DNA of 64,000 nt from Eledone cirrhosa (lineage: Eukaryota). The notes under the pieces were generated by a model that was not told where the DNA came from, did no database searches, and saw only the letters and a list, made by a program, of their open reading frames with translations. Below are positions 14,373 through 28,519 of the stretch, one piece after another; position 1 is the first letter of the stretch, and every line of letters begins with the position of its first letter. A program made the translations under genes and the position numbers. The stretch spans positions 159,526,001-159,590,000 of the forward strand of contig OZ024743.1 of NCBI GenBank assembly GCA_964016885.1. Reading direction: 5' to 3'.

Positions 14373-14790
14373 TAAAATAACCGAGTTGTCCTACACGAGT
14401 GAAAGTATAAAGAAAAAAAGATGAAATCGAAAATGCAACTTGAGTCTTATTTTTTTTTAAAATATATATATTTATTTGGTTCCTTTACCGGTTTCGCAGT
14501 TCTTCTGCCTTTCAAAAGTAGAGTTGAGATGGAGGGTCTGTGGTTTTTCTCACATCTGGTTGGTCTCAAAATGTTACTTGTTTTATATTGAAAAAGTGGC
14601 TCAAAATGCCAGGTTTTTCGAGAAGTAATTTGATTGGTTGGTCAATAATTATAATAAATTTCGCGCCAGTTCACGTTACAATAGTTCTTCAAATAAGAGG
14701 GGGGGGGGGGGTTGTCACAGGTTTTTTTTTCATATATGAGTGTTTGAATTTCTTTTTACTTGAAAAAAGGGGCTCACGAAGGCTTGGCAC
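14373..14790 (-). mobile_element. Solo pseudo-LTR of the PLE family at 60392-63633
   Basis: Colinear with 60392-60770 and inverted relative to 62587-62930; carries the variant HHR at 14481-14520. Confidence 0.8.
14481..14520 (-). ncRNA. Variant (U3/A8) minimal hammerhead, A9 changed to G
   Basis: Minus: TACTT TTGAAAG GCAG-AAGAA-CTGC GAAA CCGG TA AAGGA. Confidence 0.55.
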
Positions 14791-15231
14791 GTCCATACGA
14801 TATAAATAGAGATACATACACCACATAGACATTTCGGATTCAAACACATGTGTATGAAATTTGGTTAAGCGCTAGGGATGCAGACAGGCAAGTAGGATCC
14901 TTCATGGTTTTGGGTGTTTAAGGTGATCGCATAGGTTTACACCATCAGCTGGGCATTGGGTTTCGTCACCGGGTTCCTACCTGTTCTAACCATTCGAGCC
15001 AATTCTTCTGGGTATAATTTCCTCCATCCATTCCACACATATGAAAAGCGTGTTGGGTGTTAGGATTCCTCCTCCAACTAAGTCATGAAGAAAAAAATTA
15101 CATCTTCTTTATTTGTTTCTAAATTTTCGTGTGCTTCTGTATATGGTGTATATATCTATTCGTTGAAGTTTGTATCCAAGGCACAGAAGCCCATACACGC
15201 AGATACTCATATAAATATATGCTGCAATCTA

Positions 15232-15294
<63 letters not shown>

Positions 15295-15297
<3 letters not shown>

Positions 15298-15501
15298 CGA
15301 AGGAAATGTGGTAAGGAACCAGGTGGACCATAACGCACCAAAGTACTCAATACTTAGGGTAGTAGAGTGGGTAATAGGAACAAGTAAGACCCCGACGGCT
15401 GAGCTCAAGCCGTTTCGACGGCTAATTCTGGACGGCTAATTCTGGTCCAGAATTAGCCGTCGAAACGGCTTGAGCTTAGCCGTCGGGGTCTTACTTGTTC
15501 C

Positions 15502-15506
<5 letters not shown>
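15295..15506. mobile_element. ~210-bp fold-back element in a (TA)n tract
   Basis: Arms 15372-15433 and 15445-15506 are inverted; unique ~75-bp tail on the left; related copy at 56809-57011. Confidence 0.85.
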
Positions 15507-15542
<36 letters not shown>

Positions 15543-15569
15543 TATATATATACATATATATATATATTA

Positions 15570-15645
<76 letters not shown>

Positions 15646-15658
15646 ATATATGTATGTA

Positions 15659-15721
<63 letters not shown>

Positions 15722-15767
15722 ATATATGTATATATACATATATACATATACAATGTGAGTATGAATA

Positions 15768-15825
<58 letters not shown>

Positions 15826-15828
<3 letters not shown>

Positions 15829-16494
15829 ATAATAATAAAATTGAAGACTAAAATCCAAAGAGGGCTCGAGGTTCGTACGTATGGTGGGTGTGTGTATATG
15901 TGTACTTCTTGTTTTAGTTGACTTACGTCTCCGAACATTTGTGTATTTATATGTAGGTATGCGTGTGCGCTTGTTATATACGTATTTATTTACTTATATA
16001 CGTTTATATAATTATTTATTTATTTGTACACAAGCATACACACACACACATATTTATATGTGCGTGGTTTTGTATACCCATGGTAAGGTTTTGCGTATGC
16101 TTGTGTATGTACGTATCTGTTTGCGTGTATGTATTTATTTGTTCCTATTACTTCTGTATTGTATTTATTTACTTTGTTCTTAACTCTGTAGCGGAGATTC
16201 ATTTGGTCTCCTAGTTAGAATTTTAGTCTACGATTTCTGCTATACCATTTACTTGGTTTTGTCTTTGCGTGCTATTGTTCTCCACGCTCCACATATGACT
16301 TATTATTCGTTTTTTCCCGTTCTTTGCCAGCGAACGTTACCACGAACCAAAGTATCGTCTTCCTGTCTTCCTCCGGTTGCAACGTTTTTTGAAATATCCA
16401 GTTCTGCGTTTACAGATTGACTTTGTTAGTTTCAGAAGATCCCGTTAAGGGTGAAAGCAGCGATTATTTGCTTAAACTTTAATCTGTTATTTTA

Positions 16495-16497
<3 letters not shown>
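15826..16497 (+). mobile_element. Non-coding dispersed repeat flanked by (TA)n, with an HHR-like motif near its end
   Basis: Begins GTAATAATAATAAAATTGAAGACTAAAATCCAAAGAGGGCTCGAG; inverted, internally deleted copy at 23352-23711; 5' fragment at 30497-30540. Confidence 0.8.
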
Positions 16498-16533
<36 letters not shown>

Positions 16534-17129
16534 TATACATATACACATGAGCGCGTATGTATGTACATGAATACATGTGTGTATATATATGTGTATGCAT
16601 GTGTATATATATGTAAGTATGAATATGTGAATTGTGAGTATATGTATTTTGTAGAGGTGTGCAAATATATTTGTGTGTGAATGCGTGGGTGAAAGAATAC
16701 GTACACTTGAAAGAAAAATTTAAGTCTGAATGTTAAGTGCAAACACAAAACCAACCACGCATATCTTTACTATCTCTAATCCTTCTATAGATTTAGAAAA
16801 ATAACCAATAATATATTCTATAAAAAATGTCAAAACAACAGATGGGAATCTAATTAATCACTGCCACCAAGAATTCTCACTGCTATCGAAAAACCACTCC
16901 TTCAACTATTCTTCTAACAACTTCACCCCTTCCTCCTAATATTCTCTATAAAAACTAAATAGGTCCTCAGTAATATTATTCTGATGAAATGACAGTAAAT
17001 AATAACATTGAAATATTGAATGTCTGCATAACTAAAAGTTTGTAGATAGCTGTTTTAGGTTATGTAACTGTTATAGAAACACGTGTCAATAAATTCCTTT
17101 CAACTAAACTGTATCCATTCAAATCTTTC

Positions 17130-17196
<67 letters not shown>

Positions 17197-17237
17197 ATAT
17201 ATGTATATATACATATATACATATACCATGTAAGTGA

Positions 17238-17276
<39 letters not shown>

Positions 17277-18056
17277 CTTACATACATGCATGCAGACACA
17301 TATTAATACGCCCATATACAAACATAAATACGCACATGCATACATATATACATATATAATATATATCATACATGTTTATTCAGCGATACCTACATACCTA
17401 AAGGCATATACACATCCACATAAATGCATACATACATGCACACTTACATACATACATACATGCATACATACATGCACACTTACATACATACATACATGCA
17501 TACATACATGCATACATACATGCAGCGACTAGTCGTAGCTACATGAAAAACTTGATCTCTCTCAGCGGTTGCATCTCTTTCCCAAATAATCTACACACAT
17601 TTTACGTGTATAAAATACTTAGGTTTACCTAAGTACAAACAAACCAAACATCCGTCTGCCTGTCACTGCTTTAGGTAATACATACATCTACAGCACCAAT
17701 AGTCTACAGAAACTATACTGATACAATACGAAAGGTACGTATTTATTTAAAATGACAAAAAGGTCTTACTAAACGTAAATACTTTCTATAAATGTTCACT
17801 AAAACGAAATAGATTCTCATATTTAAGCTTATGGTTTGGTAATCCGGAACAAAATTATAGGCGAAATGGGATAAGTGAGATTACAGAAATGCAAGAATCT
17901 TTCAATGCGTAACATTCTCAATATTCATCTTCTGAGTCTATTTTCGATAGAAAAGATTACTGTTGTTCTCAGTCGAAGCCCAAGATTTCAGAATGGAAAC
18001 TATTCTCTTCAACTTTTCTTGGTCTCTTTCTTCTTCATTTTCCTTTTCATTTCTAG

Positions 18057-18100
<44 letters not shown>

Positions 18101-18317
18101 TTTTTGCGTATCTGGTTTGTTATAAGTTGTATTACAGCAAAGTTGAATATAGTGTTTAAGAATGAGGGCACGAGAGTGTATGTGTTTGATGGGAGTCTTT
18201 AATTGCAAGCTCACACCCACGTACATTACACACGTACACACACGTCTCTTTCTCTCTCCTCTCTCTCTTTATATATATATATAGGTGTGTATTCGGTAGT
18301 TGACAAAATAATACATT

Positions 18318-18428
18318 AATTGTTTCTACTTTTGGCACAAGGCCAGCAATTATTCCAGTGCATTACTGGTACTTTATTTTATCAACCCCGTAAAGATGAA
18401 AGGCAAAATTAACCTCGGCGGAATTTGA
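18318..18428 (-). mobile_element. 5'-truncated SINE with ~21-bp TSD
   Basis: TTGACAAAATAATACATTAAT / TTGACAAAATAATACGTTAAT flank the copy. Confidence 0.85.
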
Positions 18429-19329
18429 CAAAATAATACGTTAATAAAGAATAGTTATCAACAGTGATGACATTTTGTATCACTTCGATAAAAAATATAA
18501 TAATATAAAAGTGTTTGTAATTTGAATCTAGAACTTTCATCTATCACGTGATTAATAAATTATAAATTTAGTTGTTATTAAAAGGGTTATAACAATGGAA
18601 GTTCCCTGTCTGTGCTTTCGCAACTTTTTATGTCGAACTGCTGCTGGTTAGTTTAGGAGTGAATTCTTTGATAAAATATTTTCTCATTCCAAATCGGAAC
18701 ATTGACTATTCCTTGAAATTCATTAAAATGGAATAATTCAAATTTTTCCATTCCCGCAAATTTTAGATGTTCGTTTAATTCAGGTTTTTCTATATATTAT
18801 TTTTGTACTGTAACTCGTCCACACAACAAGTTATCTTTCTGATTGATATTTTTCTCTTTACATCCGTGAGAGTATAAAAATATTTTCCGGTTTTACAATT
18901 ATTTATTTGTTCATTACCTCGTGTTTTTCTGCCAAATAACGGATTACAGGTGGCTCAGGGATACGGCTACCAGCTCTAATGGTTTGTTACAGTATAAGAG
19001 TGCTTCTGTCGGATGAATAAGCAATCGTGGAGCAATCAGCGGTAATCTACTCGTGGGGAGGTGCAATGTGTGATTGTTAGCTATCAAGAAATATCTCACA
19101 ATTCAGCTATGTGGTTACGATGAGGCGAGTAAAGGCGCCTCTAAATAAGCTGTGTATTAACGGGTCTGAGAAAATTACTAAATAGGTAGCTGCCGCAAAT
19201 AAGGCGGCCAAAAACTGCCTCATAGGCATCTATATATTTAAATATACACTAAGAACATTTAGGAGCGGAGTCTAACCGCCTGAAGGTTAAGATCACCGGA
19301 TAAATTAAAGTACTCAAATACAGCAAGGC

Positions 19330-19520
19330 AACTCAGACAAAGATGAAATCCAGCCCAAGCTATTAAAAGTAGGTGCTCTATCTGGAGCGACTCTCTGGTC
19401 TCCGAGTTACGTTACTGCAAAGATCCACCCCCACCTCCTCCCGGAAAAACTCACATTCGGCCACTTCTATTCGCGATCCTATTATTTCGGTCATTACACA
19501 AGTCTCATGAGATTCTAACG
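19330..19520 (-). mobile_element. RTE LINE fragment
   Basis: Matches 9420-9590 (GGAGCGACTCTCTGG...CGTTACT...ATTTCGGTCATTAC). Confidence 0.6.
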
Positions 19521-20202
19521 AAAAAAAATGGATGATAGTTATTATAGCTTACGTGTTCATAAACATAACTATATGTCTATCTATATATATGTCTATATAC
19601 ATACATTTATACACAGAAATATGGGTGCAAATATGCACACACACACAGACGCACCCACATATACATGTAGCTATGCATTTATATATATGACAATAGTATT
19701 TATGTATGATGCCAGAAATGTTTACTACTAGGTGAAATGGGTCATTATAAAATGTAAGTTCTTTGCCCACAGACTTAATGCAGTACCAATGAGATACAGA
19801 TTTCTCAATATGCATTATCGTCTCCTCTATCCACTTTCACGTTTAGAAATACAGACTTCTCAATATGCATTATCATCGTGACTATCTATTTTCTCGTTTA
19901 GCTTCAGAGAAATATATTATCTCTATAACCTCTAACGAGTATATTTGATGTAAATACTATACCAATGATCGTCAACGTCCATGTTTTTTTTTTTTATTCA
20001 AGTATATTTTGATATTTCAACGAGTGTGCGGGTTAGTGTGCAGGTGTGTATATTTTTGATCATATTCGTGCGTGTATGTGTCCATGAGTGTTTCCTAAGG
20101 AATATCTACCTTTGTGCGTGCGTGTATGCTTATCATATATTTCTCGTATACAGATACACATTTATACACACATAATGATATTATATGTATAATATTATTA
20201 TA

Positions 20203-20392
20203 GGCGGTAGATTGGCAGTATCAGTAGATCGTCAGACACCATGCTTTGCAGCATAGAGTTATGTCCCTTTATATTCTGAGTTCAAATCCCACCGAGGTTA
20301 ACTTTGTCTTTCATCCTTACGGGGTCTATAAAATAAAGTACCAGTAATGCACTGGAGTAATTGCTGGCATTGTGCCAAAAGTAGAAACAATA
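20203..20392 (+). mobile_element. tRNA-derived SINE, full length
   Basis: GGCGGTAGATTGGCAGTATCAGTAG...GAGTTCAAATCCC...GTAGAAACAAT. Confidence 0.9.
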
Positions 20393-20984
20393 ATATGTAT
20401 ATATGGCTGTTCGTGCGGGTTGATATGTAAGGGTGTGCTTTTTGTGTGAGTATGTGATTTAAAGACTAATGGCACTTGATGATGGATATATTCTTTAACG
20501 TCAATTGCTATATACATGATTCCCATCTTAATTGAATGTGCACCCGAATTCATTTTCAATCTTAGCTGAAAATGTTCTATGTGAGAACGTCTATCCGTAA
20601 ATGAACAGACACACAACATTTTCCGAGTCACCACGCACACAGACACAGACACACACACCCACACATACACACGCACACACACATATAGATATATATATAT
20701 AAATATAAATATACACAGAAATAGAGAGAGAGATAGAGCGTTTATTCCACAACAATTACCAAACCATTGAGTACACGTGTTTCACTTCCGTTCTCGCCAT
20801 AACCATACAAGACTTCAGTAATCCTATTTTAGGTGAAACACACACACTCAAGTATAGTTTAATAATTGTTTCAGAGTTAACACTATACGAAACTCGTTCG
20901 ACTTTGGATATTTATTTACATTTGTTTACAACTCTCTCTCTCTATATATATATATACTATGTCAGTGTATGTCAAGCATCATCT

Positions 20985-21028
20985 TATTTTATCTGATGAG
21001 GACGTACTGAAATATGTATAATATAATA
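20985..21028 (+). ncRNA. Hammerhead motif (TATTTTAT family) with shortened stem II
   Basis: TATTTTAT CTGATGA GGACGTACT GAAA TATGTA TA ATATAATA; upstream GTATGTCAA is shared with the 12285 copy. Confidence 0.6.
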
Positions 21029-21252
21029 TACTTGATGACACGAATGTCTATTTTTGTTAATATTTTGAATTAATATTAATAACTCCGGAAAACTGTGGCT
21101 GTTTAGTGCTTCCACCTATTGTAAAACTAATTCTTTGATTTATTCATTGAACCCTGTTTAACCTTTAAATATATATATATATATATATGCGCGCGTGCAT
21201 GTGTGTGTATGTGTGTATATGTGTGTGTTGTGTGTGTGTGTGGGTGTGTGAG

Positions 21253-21616
21253 TTTCGTATATGTAAAGATATATGGTATGTTTATAAATAAACATTTTGA
21301 AAGCCACGGCTATGAATAGAAGACTGGCCGTCAGCGCCCCCGAGCGGCGTTAAACAGAAGCAAGGCTAAGAGGTGTCTATGTATTTCGAACTTAATGGTT
21401 CTTATTAGGACAATGCTTCCCTCTTCCAACTGCTGGACTTTGAAACAGGCGAACATTGTCTTGATGAGTACACTTAAGCTCGAAATCCGTAGACTGTTAT
21501 CCCGCTGGACTCAGCTGGACACCGCTCGGCGGTGCTGACGGCTATTCTTCTATTCTTAGCTGTGGCTCTCAAAATCTGTATTCATAAACATACCGTATAT
21601 CTTTAGATATACGAAA
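21253..21616. mobile_element. ~364-bp imperfect palindromic element with two inverted degenerate hammerheads
   Basis: Ends TTTCGTATATGTAAAGATATATGGTATGTTTAT.../...ATAAACATACCGTATATCTTTAGATATACGAAA; inner arms also inverted; solo arm fragment at ~27549-27632. Confidence 0.85.
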
Positions 21617-22354
21617 TTTACATAACATATTTGTATACAACTATGTCGAAGTTAAATTCTGATTATCTATAAATATATATATAACTATTTCAGAATAACT
21701 AAATTTGATTAAGTACTAGAACATTACTGTAAAATTCTTGACTTTTAATTTATAACATTTTATTTATAATTACTGCCTCGAATATACCTTATAAGCATCT
21801 AATATTACTATAAAATTATCAGATCTTTCAGTAATGAAGTTCTATTGCAGAATATGAGAAGGTACTCTATGCTCTGTTAGGCAATTTTTTAATTTATGTT
21901 ATTTACAAGAATAGTGCGTATAAACGCTAATATGTATATACCTTCGTGGTAAAAGTCTCTATAATTCATTATATTTTATGATTTTAGTCTACCGTAAATA
22001 GTTTATGCATATAAATATATGGCATATCTATCGAAAACAATACCAATAGGATAGTATCATAAATAGCGATAATTATGTCAGATAAAAATAATGGTTGAAA
22101 GGGATAATTTACCATAACGGTGTCTTAATAGTTGTATTAGATACATGGGGTGCATGACTGTAATTTTATTTTATATATTATCTTTATAATTTTCTTTACA
22201 TTTACTATTTAACAAAAATACATGTGTTTAATTTACTATCGGATAATTGAGTGTAAGACTTAATAATTTACATATAAAAGTGTAAGTATTCCACAAATAT
22301 ATATGTGTATGTGCGTAAACAACAACAAATATTGAATAGCAAAACTATTACTAA

Positions 22355-22573
22355 TATTGTTTCTACCTCAAGCACATGTCTAGCAATTTAAAGGGGAGGG
22401 GACAGTCTATTAAGGCGATCCAGTGTATTACTGGTACTTTATTTTATCGACCCCGTAGGGATGAAAGGCAAAGATAACCTCAGCGGGATTTGTACACAGG
22501 ACGTGAAGGCCCGTAACTCAATGCTGCGAAGCATGTTGTCCGATGCCCTACCGATACTGGCAATCCGCTGCCC
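22355..22573 (-). mobile_element. Older, longer SINE variant with TSD
   Basis: Same head and core plus an extra AAAGGGGAGGGGACAGTC segment; AAAACTATTACTAATA at 22341-22356 and 22575-22590. Confidence 0.85.
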
Positions 22574-22774
22574 TAAAACTATTACTAATAGTAAGATACC
22601 CATTCCCTTTCTCTTCTTCTCTCCCTCATAACATTTTACAATAAAAAAAACAGAAAAAAGAATAATGCGAAAGAAAAGAAGGGACAGAGATAAATATTAG
22701 ACAATAAAAAAGGAAGGGGAAAGGGAGAGGCAATCTCTACACTGTGATTCTACATTCATGAACAATATGGTGAA

Positions 22775-23180
22775 AACGTTGACATGGAGAACAGACAGTT
22801 CTTATTAGGTGGGATGTTCTCTTCCAAATTGTCTGAATAACAAACATCAATCCAAGGACAGAAGACCCCGAAGGTCACAATGGAAACCAACACAAAAAGG
22901 AAGCTGTCGCACATATTCTGTTAATCAGCGTTACGCGTGCTGCTGCTGCAGTTTATTGACGAAGTGATGAGTTTTGAACCGCAGAAAGGGTCGCAGTATG
23001 TGGCGTCCCACTCTAAGTAATGATCCTTCAAACAGGAGGATGGTTATCTAGTCGTCAAGCTCCAGTAGTGACGGAAAATCGGCCGCATCAAGGACCCTTC
23101 TGGTGTTGGAATGCAAGGTGTCGTGCCGAGAGGGCTGACTTGCGCAGCAGCAACAAGAGAGTGGATTCAGAGTGACCTCA
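22775..23180 (+). mobile_element. GC-richer segment, possibly an RTE LINE 5' UTR/endonuclease start relic
   Basis: TGTTGGAATGCAAGG reads CWNAR, resembling the APE N-terminal WNVR motif; no intact ORF. Confidence 0.3.
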
Positions 23181-23209
23181 TCAATAATGTTTACACTATG
23201 GCATTTGTA

Positions 23210-23754
<545 letters not shown>

Positions 23755-25512
23755 CCAACTTAATTACAATAACTTGGCTTGAAAATCTATAACATCGAAT
23801 TACAAAACAGCAGAACACTCAGCTTATATTAACATCGATAGGGAAGCTAAGCGCCTAGCCACCTGATGTGCATGTTTGACAATAAAACGTGGAAAAGCTT
23901 TGCCCTACTCTGAAAACCTGAACATGTACGGCTTAATGATACACCTCCTACAGTCAGGTGACAATTTTAGGCATCTAGGACAGGAAGCAATGACGGATAG
24001 GTAGGCAAACAAACGACACAGATAAGTGGATAGATAGATGCTAAGAGAGAGGGATAAAGAAATAGAATGAAGGAAAAAAGATAAAGAAAGAAAAAGGAAA
24101 TACAGAGATTTAGTTAGAAAATGTTTTCCTATAGGCAAGAAAATTATAACATTCTGTTTGTATTAAACATTACTTGTTTTTTTTCGGTTCTCTTTATAGT
24201 TTATGGAGGATTATATTTAAGTGAACATTGAATCCTTATATGATACTCTTATAGCACGGTGAAAATATTAGGTAGCTGATGAAGGATTACGAGTTGCATA
24301 ACTGATTACATGATGGAATTATTAACACAGACTATTAGATTCATATTTATATAAGTGATCGACACAATTATAAACATAAAACATATTTTGTAGACTAAGA
24401 CTTTACTTAAATGAATCTCTCACTATTTTTCTATTAAATCTAAGAATTAAAATCTGTTACATTATAAAGCAATCTCTTTTCGCTTTCAGAGATTTCGTTT
24501 TCTGTCAAGCAATAGATAAGGAGTGTATTAATCCAAACTATTTTATTCCGAATTAATCCAAACTATTTTATATCGTGAATTCAATTTAATGACACTGATA
24601 TCAAGAAACGGCATCGTGTTAATTAAATACTGTTTCTAAGGTACCTCAAATGTTTGTAATGTGTACTACAAGTGATTCGCTATCTCAGGGTGTATAACGA
24701 TCACGTGTTTCATTACAATTCGATAAAATAAGATGAAAGAGGAAAGGTTACTAGTTTATTCCGTTTCATAATAGAAAACGTTTGTTTTCGAGAACAAATT
24801 CTTGGTTTTTTTCCCAACAACTTACCTGTTAGCGGCATTCAAAGTCTCTCAGCTTTAATAATAGATATTATACTACATGAATGAGAATTGCTCACTTGAA
24901 TATCAGTTAATCAATGCCCTTGAAAGATATAATAGAACCAATTTTTAAAACAAAAATCCAATCAATTTCACTTTTTTCAATTTTCAGATTGCTGTATGGC
25001 TGTATTTAAATGGAGACAAGAACAAAAGAGAGTTCTAATGAACTGAAACACGGAAATAGTCATGTTTTTCCTATCGATGAAATTTTGAGAGGCTGCGTCT
25101 GACACCATTGTTTTCTAATCTTTTGATTGCAGATAATTTTTTTCTCGTCATTTTAACAAGAAACACAAAAAAATAAATTAAATGAATTGACTTGGGGTGC
25201 TACGCTTCATCAAGGGATTTGTATTTTTCCTCTAGCTCAGCATTTAATTTATCATTTGTAGGATTGAAACGTATTTGTGTATGAGTAGGAAACTTCAAAT
25301 ATTTCTCGTACAGTCTTCAATCTTTAAAAATCGATTATTTACTATGAACGAATGCGCGAACAACTACTTTCGGAAAAGTAGAACAACCTAACAATTTAAC
25401 AAGCGATATATCAAGATTCAGCTGCAGCTACCCCCTAATTAACTACCTTACTAAACAATCGACTTCATTCCGTATTCCATCCGATGAATCTGTTCCGAAC
25501 ACTAACCCCCAC

Positions 25513-25599
<87 letters not shown>

Positions 25600-25963
25600 C
25601 TATTTCATTCTCCTTTTCTTTCGCCCAGATCGTACATCATGAAAACTACTTTAAATATTTTGACTCGTAACTTTCAAGAAAACTATAACAATCAGAACTG
25701 CCATTTGAGAATTGGACGAAAATCTATCTTGTCCCGCGTAGAGGAATACGACTCGTATAGACTCGTCCCTTATCTCCTTTTGTTGTGGAACTCTTCTTTG
25801 CTAGACCTCAAAGCGCTTTCATCATTTTGCAAATGGCTTACACATAGACACAAATACGCCGATAACTTCTTTTGTCATTGCTTCAGAAATAAAGACATGA
25901 GAAAAGCAAAGAGGGTTTAGAGTCATATATGACAAAAGTACACTCGACGTCCTGCAAACCAAC

Positions 25964-27245
25964 ATGAGCGACATACTTTGCCCTGCACCTGACTGTGGCA
26001 CGACATGGTCCGCCAACATTCCCATGGAGGTGCTGATTTGCCTCATCGACCTTCACCGCTCCAACACTCTCAGTACGAATGCACCCCCATCCACTTCAGG
26101 AGCTGTTGCACCCGAGAAGGTAAGACGCCTCGACATCTCCGCGGCTGGAACGAGCGAAGAGTGGGCCTATTGTGAGCAGAGATGGTCGGACTACAAAAGT
26201 GTCACGCGCTTTACAGGTAGGGATGTTGTTTTCCAGCTACTTGAGTGCTCGGACGAAGACGTTGGGAAGGGCCTCACACGGATATTCGGTGCCTTAGCTC
26301 CAGGTAAACGGCCCTTCGCAACATTAAGTCCGGAGGGCAGGCCGGTGACTGCAGTTTCAAAGTAAAATGCCCATCAACCTCATACCACACTGCAGTAGAC
26401 TATAGCCGTCTCCAGTTGCTATAGACGCCAGGAGAGGAACCAATACGTCAACAGGTCCGACACCTCTCAACCTTCACCTGCCCTTTGTAGCCACTGTGAT
26501 AAACAAGGCCACGGACGCCATGTACAGGAGCGCATGAAAAATTGCTTTGCATACAACCACAAATGCACCAAGTATGGTACCTTACACCACCATGAGAGTA
26601 TCTGCCGCCAAAAAAGGCGACGTCTCAAACAGCAGGATCAAATAAATGCAGCGGAGCTGATGATCACGCCACCGCCATATTCAACAACCACTGAAATTTA
26701 AATGACGGACCCGTCCGATTCTCTACCGAACCAGTAACTCTTGATCACCATGTGTACAGCAAGTTCTCCAATATATCGGGGAAGACTTTTCTGACCCTCA
26801 CCCCTTTGTCAATGTCTCCATCCAAGCTGTCCCAGCCGATAAACATGCATTGAGCTTCTCTACGCCTCTCAAAGGCCCAAACACCGTCGTCAATTACAAA
26901 GATATGACAGACACTGGATACCAGCATGCTTGGTTGGGACAACTTTCCTGTCCAGACTGGGCCTGAACCGGTATCATCTCAGAGCAGTTAAGAAAAAGAT
27001 GACTCTGCTGCCAACAGCAGCCCTATCTACATCATCAGCGCCCTCGACTTGCGAATATATGGGACTGTCCGATCTATTAAAAAGCACTAGACCCACGAGG
27101 TTGTCTACTTCACCTCCACACCCGACAAGCTCTTCCTCTCCAAACAAGCCTGCATTGCTCTCCGGATGATCTACCCTCACTTCCCCCGATCGGGTAAATT
27201 CGTGAGAAGACGTGCGCCCAACTGGATACAACACTTGCCAGATTA
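25964..27245 (+). mobile_element. Ty3/Gypsy (Mag-like) gag-protease pseudogene
   Basis: ORF 25964-26365 PEKVRR..ISAAGTSEEWAY..QRWSDYK..QLLEC; downstream CSHCDKQGH..CFAYNHKCTK..HHE knuckles (~26487-26605); protease-like TDTG at ~26907; frameshifted; no LTRs seen. Confidence 0.7.
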
Positions 27246-28384
27246 ATTTACTCTTACTCACAATGATCATATAAAGCAATAATATATGTCAATGATTCAC
27301 TGTAATTCCAGGCATATGAAGACAGAGCATATTTGCCAGTAATTTCGGAAAATGGTGAACGATGTGGAGAATGGCTTGGAACGAAAGAAATTAAAATTCT
27401 ATTAAGCATAAAATAATTTTCTTTGATATATGGTTTTGTTTTTCCTATATGTATTTCGCATAGAATTTCAGGCATAGTGTAAACATTTACATTAGAGAAT
27501 AAATGATTAATGGAAAATTATTCTTTTTATAAGTATTATGTATTTGAATTTCGTATTTCTAAAGAAATACGGTATGTTTATAAATAAACATTTAGAAAGC
27601 CATATCTATGAAAGTCACTGGCTGCTAACACCACACATAGTTTTTTTATGGGTTAGTACAGGTTGAAATAACAAATACAAAAATAGCTACTATAGGCTTA
27701 TGGGTTTTGCTAGACTAAGTAAATGGTATGTTTGTGTGACCTTAGGTAGAGTAATTGTAAATTTTAATGTAGTCTTTGAATGAGGATAAATGAATTGAAC
27801 AAAATTATATAGATGTTATAGGCCTGAGAATTGTTATTGATGTTGTTTTGCTCCAGGTTCAGTCTAATTAACTATGTCTATGATGAAAGATATTTCAGTA
27901 TGAAACAACTCACATTTTAAAGGCATAGTGTATTTAATGAATATAGGAGGTGTCACGTAATGAGATAAAACTCTATAATACATTCTAGGTATTATAATTC
28001 AATAGAAGAATCTGTAAAGCAATATAATCTTTTTTCTAAGTATAAAGAAAATATCGAGGTGGCATTAACTAATCCTATTTCCAGGAGTTAGCGAAAAGTT
28101 TTGCTTATAACATTGCAACGTTGTAACATATAACTCAGAGGTAAGATTCTAGAACTTTTAGCTTCTAATAATTTCCAGGACAATGGGCATATCATGAACA
28201 GATAATTTAACTGCAAATGCTGCACCATCATAGATGACCTCAGTCTCGATGCAATGAATGTATAGCTTAATTTACGTGTTTCAATTACTACCATATATTG
28301 GAGTTACTAAAAATCTTCAGTTCTAAGATTCTGGTAAAGGTGTAGATGGCAGAAATGTTGTATGTATATATATATATGAATGTG

Positions 28385-28492
<108 letters not shown>

Positions 28493-28519
28493 TTTCTCTA
28501 TATATATATACATATACAT

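Noticed and set aside
16974-17032. CTGATGA AATG..CATT GAAA TATTGAATG TC hammerhead-like string
   Set aside because: Core and stem II are present but stem I does not pair; at best a relic in AT-rich DNA
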